A stretch of DNA of 64,000 nucleotides, from the IMG/VR virus record IMGVR_UViG_3300046311_000202; one strand, written 5' to 3'. This document shows, piece after piece, positions 48,977 through 58,507 of the stretch; position 1 is the first letter of the stretch, and each line of letters starts with the position of its first letter. The DNA comes from a virus. Lineage: Duplodnaviria; Heunggongvirae; Uroviricota; Caudoviricetes. The notes under the pieces are model-generated. The model was not told where the DNA came from. It ran no database searches and saw only the letters and a list, made by a program, of their open reading frames with translations. The translations under genes and the position numbers were made by a program.

Positions 48977-49789
48977 TTAGTTAACTGCTTTTACAAAAGG
49001 TAACGAGCCTCCAGAGTATGTGTTTGGCAATCTACCGTTCCACTTTTTAATAGCTTGCTCTTGCAATAGCTGAGGTGTAATACCACCACTTCTAATTTTA
49101 TTTTGCTCTGCTTTTAGTAACTCTAACTCATTTTTCTTCTTTTGCTCTGCGATCTCTTGATCTAAAACTGAAATGTTTGTGTTTACTTCATTACGGCTAT
49201 CAATCTTAGCTTTTACTTTGCTAGAGAAGTCAAGGTTTAAGCTGAAACTAATTAATTCTAAACCTGCTTTTTCAAACTCTTTTGTTACTATATTTTGAAC
49301 ATACTGCTCAAATCTTAGTGAACCTCCATTAGCCATTAATTGTTCTGTTGTATAACTTCTTGATGCTTCTTTTATAATATCGTAGATCCTTGGCTCCAAT
49401 ACGTTATCTTGTAAGGCACTCATAAAGTCATCTCCTGATCCTAATCTTGAATTTTGAAATACTACATCTACAACTTTACTTTGAATTACTTTATAAGAGT
49501 ACAAAGGCTTAGACGTAAAGGCTGTGTTATCAGCGGCTTTTACTTGTAATGTTCTGTCTCTACCCTCATCGTCAGTGAATTGTCCACGTTGTTCCCATGC
49601 CGGCACTTGAAATAACTCAGTCCCAGGAGAAATTGTAGATACTCTACCTTGCTGTTTAGAATAGTCATCCTTGCCATTCTTACCATAATTTTCCATCAAT
49701 ACTCCATAATAGTTTGGAGCAACTCTCTCGCAAGAGGTAATACCCATTGCTAATACTAATCCTAAAAACAATACTAAAACTTTCTTCAT
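48977..49789 (-). CDS. Lipoprotein with an SPFH/band-7-like region and a C-terminal coiled coil
   Basis: Signal peptide with lipobox (LAMGITSC). Central region resembles prohibitin/stomatin-like domains. K/E-rich coiled coil at the C-terminus. Confidence 0.5.
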   Translation of the reverse strand: MKKVLVLFLGLVLAMGITSCERVAPNYYGVLMENYGKNGKDDYSKQQGRVSTISPGTELFQVPAWEQRGQFTDDEGRDRTLQVKAADNTAFTSKPLYSYKVIQSKVVDVVFQNSRLGSGDDFMSALQDNVLEPRIYDIIKEASRSYTTEQLMANGGSLRFEQYVQNIVTKEFEKAGLELISFSLNLDFSSKVKAKIDSRNEVNTNISVLDQEIAEQKKKNELELLKAEQNKIRSGGITPQLLQEQAIKKWNGRLPNTYSGGSLPFVKAVN

Positions 49790-49791
49790 CT

Positions 49792-49947
49792 TTACTTTAA
49801 TTTTTTATTAATTTGATTTGCTGAAATTATTAAACCTAACACACCAACTGCAATTCCAGCCCAAGCATTGATGTGATTAAAAATCCAAAATGTCCCGAAT
49901 AACCATCCGAAAACTAGGAGAATTACTCCTGCTACTTTATTTACCAT
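49792..49947 (-). CDS. Small membrane protein of about 51 aa with two TM segments
   Basis: Translation MVNKVAGVILLVFGWLFGTFWIFNHINAWAGIAVGVLGLIISANQINKKLK. Its stop is immediately before the lipoprotein start. Confidence 0.4.
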   Translation of the reverse strand: MVNKVAGVILLVFGWLFGTFWIFNHINAWAGIAVGVLGLIISANQINKKLK

Positions 49948-50057
49948 ACTTTTAATTTATTAAAATAACACATCCATCAAGATTGGGATAACTTTATGGT
50001 GCTCCACCTCATCCATATATTTATAGGGAGCCCTACGAGTAATTACCATACTCAACA

Positions 50058-50098
50058 AACATAACACCTCTTGATAGTGTTGTAACTCTGTTATGTTT
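50058..50098. other. Long hairpin: AAACATAACA(C)...22 nt...(G)TGTTATGTTT
   Basis: 10-bp perfect inverted repeat with inner AACAC/GTGTT pairing. Lies between the -7 box at 50213-50220 and the small ORF start at 49947, on the minus strand. Confidence 0.5.
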
Positions 50099-50247
50099 TA
50101 AATCAATAGCGGGATTAGTGCCCAAGTCGCAAAGCTCACAGGCTTATACATATCCTATCTATACTTATCAGTCAATTACTTGTTTGTCTTTCTATGTGTT
50201 ATTATTTCTTCTGCAAAGATACAACCTATATTTTAATCTTGCAAGTA

Positions 50248-50943
50248 TTATCCAAAATATTTTTTATAAATTTTATGGTACTCCTCAATTTTCTTTGCAG
50301 TCTTATCAAAAGATTTTAAGAAAGCCTCTGCTCTTTTCTTAGAATAAGGTGTAGGAATACGCTCAATATCTCCGGTTAACCTTAACGGATACTTTTCTTG
50401 ACCATTACCTTTCCTATCTAATAAAATAACCCCCGAATATGCAATATGCTCTCCCTCTAATTCTCTTTGATAAGCATACAAAGTTGTCTGTTGGTACTCA
50501 TCTCCTCCGTAGAAAGCTTTCTTAGTCTTAATGGCACCGGTTTTTAAATCATCAATCACAAGATTACCCTCAACATCTAGATATTCCCTATCTATAAACC
50601 CTTGGATAACATAAGAACCTCTGTCTACTACGATCTCAACCTCATACAAGGCATTTGCAGGCCTTTCTATGCTACGGATAGTATCTACATCAAAGTCAGA
50701 AAGATCGGATGTCTCAGTGTTTGTTTCAAACAATACACCACATTTACCTCCGTACTCTGTAAAGATGTTACCTTCGCCTCGGATACCTAAAAAATAATTA
50801 GCAAAAAACTCTCCCTTGTATGCTTCTTCGTTAAAGGAATTGTATGCTGAATAACTTAGTTTTGGTTTCCCAACATGTTGGGGGTATTTACCCCCCTCAT
50901 TCTCATAGACTTTTGGTAAGTCTAGCATTTTTACTTCTGCCAT
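50248..50943 (-). CDS. PD-(D/E)xK nuclease, RecB/Cas4-like
   Basis: GFIDREY (motif II) and VIDDLKTG (the hhhDxKTG motif III). Confidence 0.5.
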   Translation of the reverse strand: MAEVKMLDLPKVYENEGGKYPQHVGKPKLSYSAYNSFNEEAYKGEFFANYFLGIRGEGNIFTEYGGKCGVLFETNTETSDLSDFDVDTIRSIERPANALYEVEIVVDRGSYVIQGFIDREYLDVEGNLVIDDLKTGAIKTKKAFYGGDEYQQTTLYAYQRELEGEHIAYSGVILLDRKGNGQEKYPLRLTGDIERIPTPYSKKRAEAFLKSFDKTAKKIEEYHKIYKKYFG

Positions 50944-52022
50944 TATATTTTATTTAAAAGTTCTGTGATCTCTGCTTTCTTTACTTCTTGTTGTAGAGGG
51001 TTGTCTGACTTGAACATCTCTGTGTTGATATACAAATTAACTAAGATATCTTCTACAATAGTTCTATCTTTTTTAGTTAACTTTTTCTTCTTCAACAAAT
51101 CTGTAAGTTCTTGCTTAGTCTCAGGGAGAATCTCTGTTGCATTAACTAACTTGTGTAGTATAGGCAACTTCTCAAATAAGATATCTTCCGGCTCCCTTGT
51201 GTCAACCTCTTCTACTTTAGTGTCTACTGCCTTAGCAATAGTGTTTTTCTTAGGAACTAACTTTACTTCTTCTTTTGGTGCAGTGCTTTCTTTTACAGCA
51301 GTTACCTCATCAAACTGAAATACTCTCTCTCCCTTGATCCTACGAACTACATTGAATGTAGCAATAGTATCTAGTGTACAATACTTAGCAATTCTTTCTA
51401 CTTCTCCTCTGTAATAAGCATTACCTACTTCATCTCCAACTAAGTCTACTTTACTAATTGGGATATTTAAAGCAGTACACAATGCTTGTAAAGAGCTTCC
51501 GGCACCAGAGCCACCCATCTTCCAAATGTCTGCATTGGTACACATGTTTCTGCTTTCCCAAGGTTTTTGGTGTGCTGTGTCTAACAATACCGGTATTTGA
51601 ATGCCGTTGATTACAAATCTCTTGCATAAGAAAGGGTAATCAAAGTACTTAGCAGCATGCCCTAGTAATCTGTAGTTTTTACCATCTGCACCATCTGACA
51701 TTCTCTGCAAGAAGTTTCTAAGGTCTGTAAGCAAAGCTGCTTCGTCTTCTCCGTAAAACTCTTTGTACTTAGCTTTGTCGTCCCCGATCATAAATACAAG
51801 ACTGACTGCACAAACTTTACTGAACTCTGCATATAAAGATGCCATCTTTTCCCAAGAGTCTGCTAACTCCTCGAAGAAAGGTACTTCTCCTGCTTGTTTG
51901 TTCTTGTACTCCCATGCTGATTGCCATTCCGGAGATAAGTCTTCATACTTCTCTACGATACGTACTGTTTCAATGTCGATACCTACAAAATGTTTAGTAG
52001 GAATGTCTCTTAATAGTTTCAT
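50943..52022 (-). CDS. DEDDy-type 3'-5' exonuclease, DnaQ/PolB-exo-like
   Basis: Exo I is VGIDIETV, Exo II is YFDYPFL and Exo III is YCTLDTIAT. A -7 box lies at 52049-52056. Confidence 0.55.
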   Translation of the reverse strand: MKLLRDIPTKHFVGIDIETVRIVEKYEDLSPEWQSAWEYKNKQAGEVPFFEELADSWEKMASLYAEFSKVCAVSLVFMIGDDKAKYKEFYGEDEAALLTDLRNFLQRMSDGADGKNYRLLGHAAKYFDYPFLCKRFVINGIQIPVLLDTAHQKPWESRNMCTNADIWKMGGSGAGSSLQALCTALNIPISKVDLVGDEVGNAYYRGEVERIAKYCTLDTIATFNVVRRIKGERVFQFDEVTAVKESTAPKEEVKLVPKKNTIAKAVDTKVEEVDTREPEDILFEKLPILHKLVNATEILPETKQELTDLLKKKKLTKKDRTIVEDILVNLYINTEMFKSDNPLQQEVKKAEITELLNKI

Positions 52023-52097
52023 ATATTTTCTGTTTTTTAAATTGTCTGCAAATTTACAAAATGTTTTTTAATACTGCAAGCTTTTTTTAATATTTTT

Positions 52098-52478
52098 TTA
52101 AGGTATAAATTGTAAAGATTTATCTTTGCTGAAAACAAACCTTACTCCGTACTGATCCTCATCAAAAAGTTGAACTCTTACAAGGAACTTAGTATCTCTT
52201 TCTTTGTACAAAGCCGTTGAATATGTCATTCCCCCCTCTGTTGCACCTCTCTCTACACTACTTATCAAATCAAAGTACATAACTGATCCTTTGTGTAAGT
52301 ACACTTTTATAGAGGAAGTGTTTGCATAGTTATAGAAAATAGTATTCTCTCCATTGTCTCTAGTAACTTCTCCTTTGTTAATAAGCACTAACTCTGAGTA
52401 CTTCTCTCTAAATTGCTGTTGTGAATAACCTGTTGTTATTGTAAAAATCAACAATATAATAAATAATAACTTCTTCAC
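52098..52478 (-). CDS. Secreted protein of 126 aa with a signal peptide
   Basis: Signal sequence MKKLLFIILLIFTITTGYSQQ. Confidence 0.45.
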   Translation of the reverse strand: MKKLLFIILLIFTITTGYSQQQFREKYSELVLINKGEVTRDNGENTIFYNYANTSSIKVYLHKGSVMYFDLISSVERGATEGGMTYSTALYKERDTKFLVRVQLFDEDQYGVRFVFSKDKSLQFIP

Positions 52479-52480
52479 CT

Positions 52481-52669
52481 TTATAGTATTTCGTATTTAA
52501 AATCACTTGTTTCTCCTATTGAGTCTCCTACTTCATCATTATGGAGGGTAAGCCTTGTACTCTCTTTATCTTCGAGTAGTGAGATAAACCACTCGTACTC
52601 TTCTTTGTCAGCATGACTATACCACATGTCATCTTCTATCTCTATTATTGCCTCTAATTTTATTCTCAT
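52481..52669 (-). CDS. Hypothetical acidic protein of 62 aa
   Basis: ORF. Confidence 0.35.
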   Translation of the reverse strand: MRIKLEAIIEIEDDMWYSHADKEEYEWFISLLEDKESTRLTLHNDEVGDSIGETSDFKYEIL

Positions 52670-52838
52670 AGCCTATTCTTTATAAAATTAAAGTTAATAG
52701 TTTGTACAAGCCTAAACCAAAAGTCATCCCTGCTACGAAATAACTAGGTGCTGGGTTGTTTCCGTTTTCTTTTTGTTTTTTTGCCCCATATAGGTTTACT
52801 CCCATCAAAGTAAATTGTAATAACACTGATCCCATAGC

Positions 52839-53153
52839 TTATTTAATTAAATCAATATAAGTTGGTGCCGGAGCAAGTTCTAAAGTAAACTCATCATACT
52901 CATCGTAAGGTTTACCAATTGTTAAATGATAATCATCAGGCTCGCCATAAATCTCTTCAAGAGAAGATAGTAATTCTTTTGTTGTCATATACTCTCCGTT
53001 ATCTTCAAGCTCTTCTGTTCTGCATACCCACGAAAAGCGTGTGTCTAAGTTAATATCAGCATCTACTAATTGTAGAGACTCTTCTAGTGGTAAGAAATCT
53101 AATTTCTCATCCAACATTTTCTGTGCAAATTTTTGCTTTAATTTTTCTTGCAT
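52839..53153 (-). CDS. Hypothetical acidic protein of 104 aa
   Basis: ORF. Confidence 0.4.
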   Translation of the reverse strand: MQEKLKQKFAQKMLDEKLDFLPLEESLQLVDADINLDTRFSWVCRTEELEDNGEYMTTKELLSSLEEIYGEPDDYHLTIGKPYDEYDEFTLELAPAPTYIDLIK

Positions 53154-53156
53154 AAT

Positions 53157-53387
53157 TTATACTACTTTCATTAATTTAATATATTGTACATCTTTCTTAC
53201 CTAATAATTTACCTATCGCTTGCCCTAGCCAATTGTTCTTGACTAGCACTATGGCATAGTTTGTATTTATTTTTTCTACTTGCTCCTCTGTAAGGAACCC
53301 CTCCCTAGCTAAAGCCTTTACGATAGCCTCTTTAGCATTATTGTAGTTCTCTAAATCTTGTGTCAACTCTAAATCTTGTGTTGTCAT
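53157..53387 (-). CDS. Hypothetical protein of 76 aa
   Basis: ORF. Confidence 0.4.
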   Translation of the reverse strand: MTTQDLELTQDLENYNNAKEAIVKALAREGFLTEEQVEKINTNYAIVLVKNNWLGQAIGKLLGKKDVQYIKLMKVV

Positions 53388-53399
53388 TTTTCTTAACTT

Positions 53400-53612
53400 T
53401 TATATTTGTTTTATTTTAACTACATAAGAATTAAAGCCGCTTGCTATGAATGTTTTCTCTGACATAGATAGTACATTAATTTCATAAAGATCCTCTTTGG
53501 CAAATTTATTTTCTTCAAAGTGCTTTAAATCTTCCTCTGTAATTTTTTCAGTTCCAGAACCATCTCTTCTTATTCTAGAAATAAATTCTAATTCGTGGGG
53601 GTACTTTTTCAT
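53400..53612 (-). CDS. Hypothetical protein of 70 aa
   Basis: ORF. Confidence 0.4.
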   Translation of the reverse strand: MKKYPHELEFISRIRRDGSGTEKITEEDLKHFEENKFAKEDLYEINVLSMSEKTFIASGFNSYVVKIKQI

Positions 53613-53615
53613 ACC

Positions 53616-54191
53616 TTATTTGTTTTTAAGTTTATACCCATTTGGTGCTATATTAGATTTGAATGTATCTACTTGTTTCCATACAGGTTTTGATGTTGTC
53701 TTGTACTTTATTTTATTTTGTAATCCTAACTCGCACAACTCCCAATCGTAGGCTTTTATAATCTCTTTGTTTAAGAGGATATCCAATACCTTACCTGCTC
53801 CTTGCCATGATAAAAAATATGCGTAGCAGCTTATCTGTGTTCCTAAATTGAATACATCAAAGGTTGTAAAATCTATATTAGTTAGATCAAAATCATAATC
53901 GCTTAATTCTATGTCATCCTCTAATACTAGCATGTTACACTTAGTACTATACGATAGATGAAGTAAAGCTAAGTGGGAGACAAACGTAGCCATAACGGCT
54001 TTCTGATCTATGTCCCAGTCGTAATAGTCTACCTTACTGAACAAACTTTCTTCCATGTCTTTTGTGACTTCCCTAGGCTTAACTGCATTAAAAAAAGTAT
54101 AATTCAACCCTAGGGAATCCATTACCTCTTTTGTATGCTGTCTTCTATCCTTGTCCTTTTGTAAAGATAGTACTTGTATTTCATATTCCAT
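53616..54191 (-). CDS. Glycosyltransferase family 25-like protein, short paralog
   Basis: N-terminal YEIQVLSLQKDKDRRQHTKEV and ATFVSHLALL (GCALSH-like) and LVLEDDIELSD (ILEDD motif) are characteristic of GT25 Lic2B/LgtB-type transferases. Confidence 0.5.
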   Translation of the reverse strand: MEYEIQVLSLQKDKDRRQHTKEVMDSLGLNYTFFNAVKPREVTKDMEESLFSKVDYYDWDIDQKAVMATFVSHLALLHLSYSTKCNMLVLEDDIELSDYDFDLTNIDFTTFDVFNLGTQISCYAYFLSWQGAGKVLDILLNKEIIKAYDWELCELGLQNKIKYKTTSKPVWKQVDTFKSNIAPNGYKLKNK

Positions 54192-54196
54192 AAATC

Positions 54197-55012
54197 TTAT
54201 CTAATTTTTTCAAATTGCCAACCATTAACTATACTTGTATTGTGTATAACCTTCTTAGGGTAGTACTTCATTTTAATAAAGTTCTCAGGTATTCTAACAA
54301 TAGAACTCGTTACTTCATCCCACTCAGAAAAGGTATTACTTATAGTTAACTCTTCGCTTAGTGTTGGTACCCTATCTTCATTTTTAAACTGCTTGAATAT
54401 AGACTTAGTTAAACAGACTTGATTAAAAGGCATTATCTCTAATTGTACATCTGCTGCATACTTAATCTTAGATGTGTTTTTATAGAGCCACTTTGCACTT
54501 TGTCTTGTAAGTAAATAAGAGTGTGCGGCATACTGCTGAGGGAAATGTGGAACCGGCTCTGCTATATTACTTGTCAACATTCTACTAGTAGCTATATCAT
54601 CTGCGTACTTTCCATACCAACAAATACCCCAATCTAAATTGTCTAGCTCTGCTCTTATTTCTTCAAAGTTGTATTTTTTAATATTGTCTGTGATAAACAC
54701 ATCATCCTCTAAAAATAAGCCTACTTCCTCCTTTGAATCTAAAAAATGTTTCCAAGCCTTTCTGTGAGATAATGCACAACATAATACTCCTAGTGTTATA
54801 TAACCTGCCGGATCAAAAAACTTATCTGATAGATGTTTATCTATAAAGTCTAAGTCATTTTCATAATCTACATGGTCATAAGCCTCCACTATATTAATAC
54901 CACAATCTAGCTGTTCCTCTAGTAACTTTACTCGCTCTCTTCTTTTAGTTAACCTAGCTAAAGACACTACATATATTGAATCTGCTCCTACTTGTTTCCT
55001 AAAATTATTCAC
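54197..55012 (-). CDS. Glycosyltransferase family 25 (LPS or LOS glycosyltransferase-like)
   Basis: SIYVVSLARLTKRRERV, GVLCCALSHRKAWKHF and GLFLEDDVFI match the conserved GT25 blocks. Confidence 0.65.
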   Translation of the reverse strand: MNNFRKQVGADSIYVVSLARLTKRRERVKLLEEQLDCGINIVEAYDHVDYENDLDFIDKHLSDKFFDPAGYITLGVLCCALSHRKAWKHFLDSKEEVGLFLEDDVFITDNIKKYNFEEIRAELDNLDWGICWYGKYADDIATSRMLTSNIAEPVPHFPQQYAAHSYLLTRQSAKWLYKNTSKIKYAADVQLEIMPFNQVCLTKSIFKQFKNEDRVPTLSEELTISNTFSEWDEVTSSIVRIPENFIKMKYYPKKVIHNTSIVNGWQFEKIR

Positions 55013-55214
55013 TCCACCTTTTTTATAGTTTATTTACTCCTCTGTGTATCCATTTTCTTCAGTCCAGTTTTTTGCCCACTCTATCATATAGTCTAAACCG
55101 TAAACCTCCTCAGCTTCAAAATTTGCTGTGATATAATCTATTGAGTCTTCTAGTAATGAAGAGGGTACTACTCCCGATATAAAATCTTTGTCTTGTTGTA
55201 CTGATGTTCTCATA

Positions 55215-55709
55215 CTAACTGATTGTTGAATGTCTCTCTTTTGCTAAGACAGATATTGATTGATAAATACTTCTTTGTACATCTTGATAATTCTGATAAG
55301 ATAAATCTACTAGGTAGAAGAACCTCTTTAACTGCTCTATCAAAGTGATACGCTCAATATAATAAGGATGTGAGTACACAACTTTCTCTGCTGCTGATTG
55401 TGATATCTTTTCTTCGCTATGCTTTATAAGATACTCAATAGCCTCACTCTTGATACGCTTTCTCTGTGCCTCCAAGAACTCAAAGTTCTCACGGAAACAT
55501 CTAATCTTACTATAATATCCGGCTAGGTAAACTAGGTACCCATTGAATCTTCTCTTTAGGTCTTCAAGTGCATCTAGGCTTTCTGTACCCCTAACATACT
55601 CTCGCACCATTTCATCCATAACCCCTAGAGTTTTCTTAGTCTCTAGGTAATCTTTCTCACTAAACTTTACTAGATCCGATACTTTAAGTATACTATTTGC
55701 TACTGACAT
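55215..55709 (-). CDS. Hypothetical protein of 164 aa
   Basis: ORF. A 59-aa acidic ORF follows at about 55016-55213. Confidence 0.45.
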   Translation of the reverse strand: MSVANSILKVSDLVKFSEKDYLETKKTLGVMDEMVREYVRGTESLDALEDLKRRFNGYLVYLAGYYSKIRCFRENFEFLEAQRKRIKSEAIEYLIKHSEEKISQSAAEKVVYSHPYYIERITLIEQLKRFFYLVDLSYQNYQDVQRSIYQSISVLAKERHSTIS

Positions 55710-56055
55710 CTCCTATTGTGTTGTTAATTCTTGTTAATAAATCTAATTCGTTACTGAAGATACCCTCTATCTTGGCCCTTCTTCTCATTGCTGTCTCTTC
55801 CTTGATAAGGTCTTTTATCTTATCCAAGACTTTTTCTCTCATCCTCCTTGCCACGAAGAAAGTGTGGTTAGATAATTGCAAACCATTGCCATCTACTAGT
55901 AAGAAGTACTGCAAGGACTCTATTGAGATAAGGTAGTCCATATTCTCAGGGTTAATCTCGATAAGGCAGTCTTCTCTTGAAAGCATGCTTTTTACTACAC
56001 TTACTAGATTTTCTTCTTGCTCAGTAAGTACGAGTTTTGTTTTAAAAATGCTCAT
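55693..56055 (-). CDS. Hypothetical protein of 120 aa
   Basis: ORF with a -7 box at 56084-56091. Confidence 0.45.
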   Translation of the reverse strand: MSIFKTKLVLTEQEENLVSVVKSMLSREDCLIEINPENMDYLISIESLQYFLLVDGNGLQLSNHTFFVARRMREKVLDKIKDLIKEETAMRRRAKIEGIFSNELDLLTRINNTIGDVSSK

Positions 56056-56267
56056 AATCTATTTGTTTTGATTTATATGTGCAAAGATAATACTAATTTA
56101 TTAACCCCACAACATTTTCTTGATTTATTTTTCTTCGTCTACCACTATTACCAAATAAGGTACATCTTCAAGGTACTCTATTGTACCTAGTTTCTCTATC
56201 TTTTTTGCTTGTTCAACCCCCTTTGTTTTGGCGATAAACTGCAAAGTCTGCTCCATATAGATTACTT

Positions 56268-56507
56268 TCATCTATCCTCTGAATCTTTTATGGTGTATCT
56301 ACTACGGATCTCTATCTCTTCTCCCAAGTGCGTTTTAAAAACTATTCCATCATCTGTGATTGTATAGGCATCTGTCTTCCAAGATGCAAAGTCAGTTTCT
56401 ATTGTATATCTCCCCTTAGGTAAAAGGTAAATCTCGTAAGCAATCCAAATGATTGTAATAACTACTAAAAGTAGTATAAGCTGTAATTTTGACTCTCCTA
56501 TTGACAT
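56268..56507 (-). CDS. Small membrane protein of 79 aa
   Basis: Hydrophobic N-terminal helix. Confidence 0.4.
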   Translation of the reverse strand: MSIGESKLQLILLLVVITIIWIAYEIYLLPKGRYTIETDFASWKTDAYTITDDGIVFKTHLGEEIEIRSRYTIKDSEDR

Positions 56508-56969
56508 ATTATTTGTTTTTTTAAATTAAGTTCGTCTCTCCGAACTGCCACCCATATTGTTATTTATGCTTATATGAAAAACTTATCCTAAAGTAAAGCA
56601 TAGGGATACGACCATAACAACGGCCTACGTTATAGGGTTTATAAAGATTATATTTCTACATTAGGACTCAAATGTATCTTTATTCACACAAACTATTTTG
56701 AAGTTTGTGAGTACGAATATGCAAAAATTATTAACGATATTACTATTAAAGGCATAGTGTTATTTTTTTATTTTGTTTAACGTATATATTGACAATGCTA
56801 GGAATAAAAACCATACTATCATATTACTTAACCTTTCTCTTTGTGTACTTTCTTTTAGCCTTCTCCTCCTCTATCTTGAACTTCAGTACTATTGTGTTTG
56901 GGTTTAGAAACATGTTGAACCCTGTGTTAAGGGTAATCTCTATTTCTACCACGTTTGAATTATTTGCCA

Positions 56970-57191
56970 TTATACTTTAAATTTTATAGTTTTTACTAAA
57001 TCTTTGTAATTGTTGTACTCATCAATATAGTACTTATCTTCTACTGAAGTGAAGACCCAATTTCTATCTTCTTTACTGTCTATCTCTACTAGACTTTTTA
57101 CAATCTCTTCTGCTAGTTCTGGGCTGCATCTGGAGTCATCTTTAAGTAAGTCCTCTACTTCTCTTAAAGATATAATAATAGTACTACTCAA
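56970..57191 (-). CDS. Hypothetical acidic protein of 73 aa
   Basis: ORF. A 48-aa ORF follows at about 56824-56970. Confidence 0.4.
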   Translation of the reverse strand: MSSTIIISLREVEDLLKDDSRCSPELAEEIVKSLVEIDSKEDRNWVFTSVEDKYYIDEYNNYKDLVKTIKFKV

Positions 57192-57408
57192 ACTCTGAAA
57201 CTTTTAAGTCATACAAAAAGTCCCACCAAAAATCGTATCTTGCATTGAAGTAATCTTGTGCCTCTTCTGTGTAAGAGGTTCCATCCTCAAGGTCTGATAC
57301 AATACCATTGGGAAACATATTTCTTCCCCCAACATCTCCGTAAGAAGATATTAAATCTTTATCAGCTAATTCTGATGCTACTTCTACTATGTTTATTCTT
57401 ATATCCAT
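57184..57408 (-). CDS. Hypothetical acidic protein of 74 aa
   Basis: ORF with a -7 box at 57432-57439. Confidence 0.4.
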   Translation of the reverse strand: MDIRINIVEVASELADKDLISSYGDVGGRNMFPNGIVSDLEDGTSYTEEAQDYFNARYDFWWDFLYDLKVSEFE

Positions 57409-57638
57409 TTGTTATCTTGTTAAATTCTACGCAAAGATATTACTTAATTTTTAATTGTGCAAACTTTTTTTAACTTATTTTAAATTAAAATCTGCTAACA
57501 TTCTATTTTTCTCCCCATAAGAGTACCCAACCCCTAGTTCTGCTACTAGGGATTTGGCTTTATCTCTTGTTAAACCTCTCTTAATAACCTTACCAAAAGT
57601 GTTGGTCTTAATATTAAACTCAAAGACAATATAGTTCA

Positions 57639-57869
57639 TTAAAATTCTATTGCATCAACTCTCTCTTCCCTCAAATTCTCTAATAATTTAATGTCTTCAT
57701 AAAAAACATTGCCTTGGTTGTACTGAGATAATTGTACTATACAAATATCTATTTCATATTGTTCAGTACTATCCTCTACTGATTTCATAACACTACCTAC
57801 CTCTGCTGATATAGCCAACATAGCTAAAGGAGTTATTCTAGGGTGTAGTTCTACTATATATTTTGCCAT
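57639..57869 (-). CDS. Hypothetical protein of 76 aa
   Basis: ORF. Confidence 0.4.
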   Translation of the reverse strand: MAKYIVELHPRITPLAMLAISAEVGSVMKSVEDSTEQYEIDICIVQLSQYNQGNVFYEDIKLLENLREERVDAIEF

Positions 57870-57873
57870 AATA

Positions 57874-58116
57874 CTATTTTTCGGGATGAATAAACTCTAC
57901 ATGAATACTATCGCTAGTAATCTTTTTAATAACCATAGTGTCCCCCACTTTACGCCATTGAATTTCATCGGGTAGCTTTACGTTTGAGTGATTGTTAAGG
58001 TCAGGTCTGAATATAAAAAATATTGTTCCTGTAAAACTTAATACTAGTGCAAACTTTAGCACTACGCTAATTCTGTCACTATACTTGTCGTGAAAATTCT
58101 TGATTGCTTTTAACAT
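57874..58116 (-). CDS. Small membrane protein of 80 aa
   Basis: TM helix. Confidence 0.4.
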   Translation of the reverse strand: MLKAIKNFHDKYSDRISVVLKFALVLSFTGTIFFIFRPDLNNHSNVKLPDEIQWRKVGDTMVIKKITSDSIHVEFIHPEK

Positions 58117-58134
58117 AGTTCTGTTTATTAATAT

Positions 58135-58506
58135 TTATTTTTTATAAATTTGTCTTCCGGTTCCGTCTGCACTGCTCTGCCACTCATCGTAGTCTAGTTC
58201 TACTTCCGGATATCTCATTGAGTAATCATACATAAAATCCAATGCTTGTTTCTTTGTATCAAATGTGGCAATGGTCTCTGTACCCTCTTCTTCATCACTT
58301 CTGTACACTTCAAACCAAGTTACAAGCCAATGCGAAGGCTCTTTGTCTTCCTCATCTGATGCTATTGCAATATTATTTAATATTGTACCTAAATCCTCAA
58401 ACCCCTCGATAGATGTGCTTAAAACATTCTGTGGTAAAGTCTCTAGTACTCTAGCAACATCTTGTCTAATAAATGCTAATCTCTGTTCTGCCGTTATATT
58501 TGCCAT
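58135..58506 (-). CDS. Hypothetical acidic protein of 123 aa
   Basis: Highly acidic ORF. Confidence 0.45.
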   Translation of the reverse strand: MANITAEQRLAFIRQDVARVLETLPQNVLSTSIEGFEDLGTILNNIAIASDEEDKEPSHWLVTWFEVYRSDEEEGTETIATFDTKKQALDFMYDYSMRYPEVELDYDEWQSSADGTGRQIYKK

Positions 58507-58507
58507 G

